The position numbers and the translations under genes were made by a program. Shown here one piece after another: positions 38,564 through 42,086 of a stretch of DNA of 42,086 nucleotides. Under the pieces are notes generated by a model that was not told where the DNA came from, ran no database searches, and saw only the letters and a program-made list of their open reading frames with translations. Source of the DNA: an uncultured cyanobacterium (GTDB taxonomy: Bacteria > Cyanobacteriota > Cyanobacteriia > Leptolyngbyales > Leptolyngbyaceae); the NCBI GenBank assembly GCA_963766075.1, contig CAVYAN010000090.1, positions 1-42,086 of the forward strand. The letters run 5' to 3'. The stretch's first letter is position 1. Every line of letters begins with the position of its first letter.

Positions 38564-40520
38564 CTACCATTCCAAATAAATAATTTTTTCCTGAAATTCA
38601 AATTTTTCTTCCTCAAGCAAGTCATTGTCAAAATCTGCGAAAAATTCCGACGGCAGATTTATCTGCTGCGAGCCGAAAATCGTCCGCATATCCGAATAGC
38701 TCAAGAATAACTTTTTTCTGGCGCGCGTCAAAGCCACATAAAAAAGTCTTCGCTCTTCTTCCATTTCTTCCGGTGTTTTTTCAGCTGTGCCGACAGCTTG
38801 GTGCGGAAAAAGATCATGTTCAAGTCCGGTAATAAAAACATAATCAAATTCCAAACCTTTTGATGCGTGAACGGTCATAAGTTTTACAGCATTTTCATTT
38901 TTTTCAAGCGAATCTTGGTCTGTCGCGAGCGCCGATTCTTCCAAAAGTTTTTCTATTCCAACCGGTGCCGGCATATAATCATATTTGATGGCGAAAGTCG
39001 CCAATTCGCGCATATTTTCCAAGCGTTCTTTGTCTTCGTCATTTCCGCTCTGCAATTCCATTTCAAGCCCGCTTTCTTTGATAATAAATTTTATAACTTC
39101 CGACGGTTTTTTATTTTCCGCTTCTTTTTTTATTTTTTCCAGAAATTTATAAAAATTATTTACTTTTTCTTTCATTGCTGCCGGCAATCCGTCCAATTTT
39201 CTGTCTTTATTTGAAAATATTTTCAAAACTGTCGTCTTTCCCACCCCGCGCGCCGGCACATTTATAATTCTTTTTATATCGCTCAAACTTTCTGGATTCA
39301 ATCTTGCTTTCAGATACGAAAGAACATCTTTGACTTCTTTTCTTTCAAAGAATTTTGTTCCCAGAACCTGATACGGCACATTTTCGGTAAGAAAAGCTTC
39401 TTCAAGCACGCGCGATTGAAAATTTGCCCTATAAAGCACAGCGATTTCTCTTGGGCTTGTCCCATTTCCAATCAATTCCTTTGATTTTCTGGCATAAATC
39501 TCGCTTCTTCCGTTTCATTGAGTCGCTTCAAGAAAGGAAATTTTTTCTCCGACATCATTTTTGGTAAAAAGATTTTTTTCTCTTCTCAATTTATTTTTTT
39601 TGATGACTTCATTTGCGCGGCAGAGTATCGTCTGCGTTGAGCGATAATTTTCTTCAAGCAAAATCACTTTGGCTTCCGGATAATCTTTTTCAAAATTCAA
39701 AATATTTTGAATATCCGCTCCGCGCCAGCTGTAAATATTTTGATCGATGTCCCCGACTACGCAAATATTTCTGATTTTTTTCCGCAAGAAGTTTTACAAT
39801 TCCATATTGAACTTCATTCGTGTCTTGATATTCGTCGACATGAATATATTTCCAGATATTTTGATATTTTTCTAAAATATTTTTATGTTTTTTCAGTATT
39901 GCGTAAGTTTTCAAAAGAAAATCGTCAAAATCCAAAGCTTTTTCTTCCGCTAATTTTTGTTCATAAAGCGGCCAAATTTTTGCTACAACAGCTTTAATCG
40001 TAAAACCTTTTGCATTTATTTCGCCGCGATAATCTTCCGCGCTTATCAAATTTCCCTTTTCTTTTGAAATTATTCCAAGAATTTTTCCCGGCTCAAATTG
40101 TTTCGGATCAATATCCAAACTTTTCAAACAATCGCGGATTAATTTTGACGAATCGCTTCTGTCCATGATGCTGAAATGCCGAGTCAGACCGACAAGCTGC
40201 GCATTTTCTTTTATAATATGAACTCCGAGCGAGTGAAAAGTGCTGACAAAGGGTTTTTCGTAAAATTTTACGGGTAAATTCAAATTTTTGTCGTCCTTGA
40301 GAATTTTTTCCACTCTTTCGCGCATTTCCTTGGCGGCTTTATTGGTGAAAGTTATCGCTAAAATATTTTCCGGCGCCACGCCTTCTTTTATCAAATGCAG
40401 GATTCTGTGGACAATTGTCTTGGTTTTTCCTGCTCCGGCGCCGGCAATAATCAAAACCGGCCCGTCTTTTTTTAAGACCGCCTCCTTTTGTTTTTCATTC
40501 AGGCCTTTTAAATATTCCAT
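38564..40520 (-). CDS. pcrA: UvrD/PcrA ATP-dependent DNA helicase, split by indels near 39770 and 39500
   Basis: [69 protein letters not shown]. Confidence 0.93.
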
Positions 40521-40546
40521 CAGGTAAATATAACATAAGAACCATG

Positions 40547-40588
40547 TGTGGATAACTCAATTGACCTGCCAAGCTCAGGTAGTATAAT
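40547..40588 (+). promoter_or_regulatory. DnaA-box consensus plus sigma70-type promoter
   Basis: TGTGGATAA (= TTATCCACA) at 40547-40555; TTGACC-16 nt-TATAAT at 40561-40588. Confidence 0.65.
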
Positions 40589-40758
40589 TGTCTGGTGCCG
40601 AAATGGAAGCAAAATTGCTGAAAAATGGCTAAGGAGAGCCATATAATTCAGAAACTACCGAATTCCCTTAATAAAATTGGCTTATTTTAGATAATACTCA
40701 TAAACACGGCCCCGAAATCGAGGCGAAGCCTCAAGGTCGTTCCATAAAGTCCATATTA

Positions 40759-41835
40759 TTGGCCATTTATTCACAATGGTTACTTTCTCTTTTCTTTATC
40801 TTTTCAATCATTTCTGTCTTTCCTATTACCGCAAACGCCGGTTTGTTTTCCGCTTTGTCGGCAATGATGTCAGGAAATTCTACAATCTCTTCAAACGCTT
40901 CGGTTACCGATGGTTTAAATTCTCAAAATTTGCCGGCCCTTGAAAATACAACTAACTTTGATTCAAGCGCGGCTGTCGGTGGCGAGGATCCGCTTGTTGT
41001 TGCAAACGGCGAAGCTTTGATGTCAAACAGCGGTCCTTCCGGCACACTTGCAGATGTCAGCGATTCGGCCAGCACCGGCCAGATAAGCAAATATATAGTA
41101 AGAAAAGGAGACAATCTTTTGAGCGTTGCCAAAATGTTTGGCGTTTCGATCAATACTGTCATCTGGGCGAATAATCTTAACGACAGAACTTTGAGCGAAG
41201 GGCAAACGCTTGTCATATTGCCGATATCCGGAACGATGCATACAGTTGCAAAAGGAGATACTCTTCAATCCATTGCCAAAAAATATAATGCCGATGCCGG
41301 AGACATAGCTCAATTTAACGGTTTAGATTCAAGCGCAAACCTTACTCTCGGAGATACGATAATTATTCCGGATGGCGAAGGCGGCGCTGTTAGTCCAAGT
41401 TCGGTTTCATACAGCGGATCAAAAAAGATTCATGTTAACTCAAAATATCTTGGCGACAGCGGACCGAATTATATCGGATATTATGTCAGGCCGCTTAATG
41501 GCGGAATTAAAACGCAAGGACTTCATGGATATAATGCTATTGATATTGGCACGCCGGTCGGAACTTCTATATATGCCGCGGCCGGAGGAGAAGTCATTAT
41601 TTCAAGATCATCTGGTTGGAATGGCGGATATGGAAAATATATTGCCATAGCGCATCCGAATGGAACCGAAACAGTTTACGGACACTTGAGTGTTGTCAAA
41701 GTTTCTGTCGGACAAATTGTTTATCAAGGTCAAACGATTGGACTTTCCGGAAACACGGGAAATTCCACCGGCCCGCATTTGCATTTTGAAGTTCGCGGAG
41801 CGTATAATTTTATGCAAGATCCGAGTGAATACTAA
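40759..41835 (+). CDS. LysM(x2)-M23 peptidoglycan metalloendopeptidase
   Basis: Signal peptide; YIVRKGDNL and HTVAKGDTL LysM repeats; HGYNAID, YGHL, GPHLHFEVR. Confidence 0.92.
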   Translation: MAIYSQWLLSLFFIFSIISVFPITANAGLFSALSAMMSGNSTISSNASVTDGLNSQNLPALENTTNFDSSAAVGGEDPLVVANGEALMSNSGPSGTLADVSDSASTGQISKYIVRKGDNLLSVAKMFGVSINTVIWANNLNDRTLSEGQTLVILPISGTMHTVAKGDTLQSIAKKYNADAGDIAQFNGLDSSANLTLGDTIIIPDGEGGAVSPSSVSYSGSKKIHVNSKYLGDSGPNYIGYYVRPLNGGIKTQGLHGYNAIDIGTPVGTSIYAAAGGEVIISRSSGWNGGYGKYIAIAHPNGTETVYGHLSVVKVSVGQIVYQGQTIGLSGNTGNSTGPHLHFEVRGAYNFMQDPSEY

Positions 41836-41846
41836 ATTATTTAAAA

Positions 41847-42086
41847 ATGTTGAGTAGAAATATTACTCAAAATCAATTTCTAGTTTTCAGTTTTTACAGT
41901 TTATTTTTATCTTTTGCTCTATGTTTTTTGGTTTTTTATCAAACGCAAAAATCAGCGGCTTATTCAGATTATGTTTATATTCCAAATCTTATTGAAAAAA
42001 CCAGCACGACAAAGATACTATTTTTCGGAGATATGATGCTTGACCGCGAAGTGCGAAAACAAATTGACGCAAATGGATCCGAGTAC
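41847..42086 (+). CDS. CapA-family metallophosphatase-like protein, partial (runs off the window)
   Basis: Open frame from ATG 41847: N-terminal TM then ILFFGDMMLDREVR. Confidence 0.7.
   Translation, partial: MLSRNITQNQFLVFSFYSLFLSFALCFLVFYQTQKSAAYSDYVYIPNLIEKTSTTKILFFGDMMLDREVRKQIDANGSEY

Noticed and set aside
39490..39525. TGA recoding (genetic code 25) in pcrA
   Set aside because: The shifted frame gives the expected NETEEARF motif, so two compensating indels explain the stop
40547..40555. Replication origin
   Set aside because: Only one DnaA box and no dnaA/dnaN nearby
1..42086. Numerous short overlapping ORFs in the six-frame track
   Set aside because: Shadow ORFs overlapping well-supported genes, with no recognisable motifs

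Overview
The window looks like a three-part chimera of unrelated genomes, with many indel-type errors typical of low-coverage long-read sequence. (1) ~1-3260 is very GC-rich DNA (Planctomycetota-like, inferred) carrying heavily frameshifted minus-strand genes: a membrane histidine kinase, a receiver protein and a NuoI-like ferredoxin. (2) ~3260-38135 is a cyanobacterial chromosome segment dense in HIP1 (GCGATCGC). It holds a 5'-truncated DUF4335-like gene, fmt, desA, tex, a TPM protein, a cysteine desulfurase, an alpha/beta hydrolase, a GT-C glycosyltransferase, two SPFH proteins, an orphan cytochrome b6-like gene, a Ser/Thr kinase-solute-binding fusion, an FHA protein, an unusual PilT, cobU, pheS, surE and several hypotheticals. 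(3) ~38136-42086 is AT-rich DNA resembling Patescibacteria/CPR (inferred), with truncated rsmA, frameshifted pcrA/uvrD, a LysM-M23 peptidase and a partial CapA gene. Strongest candidates for undescribed biology: a translationally coupled three-gene cell-wall module (membrane-anchored protein, degenerate M23 lipoprotein, lysozyme-like protein) behind a LexA-like box (18884-20859); a small protein with a candidate divergent antisense sRNA and attenuator (37393-37835); a PilT with a duplicated N-terminal domain; a cytochrome b6 paralogue missing one heme ligand; and a branched palindromic element in the CPR-like part. No rRNA, tRNA, CRISPR array or transposase was recognised. All family assignments come from motif recognition without database searches.
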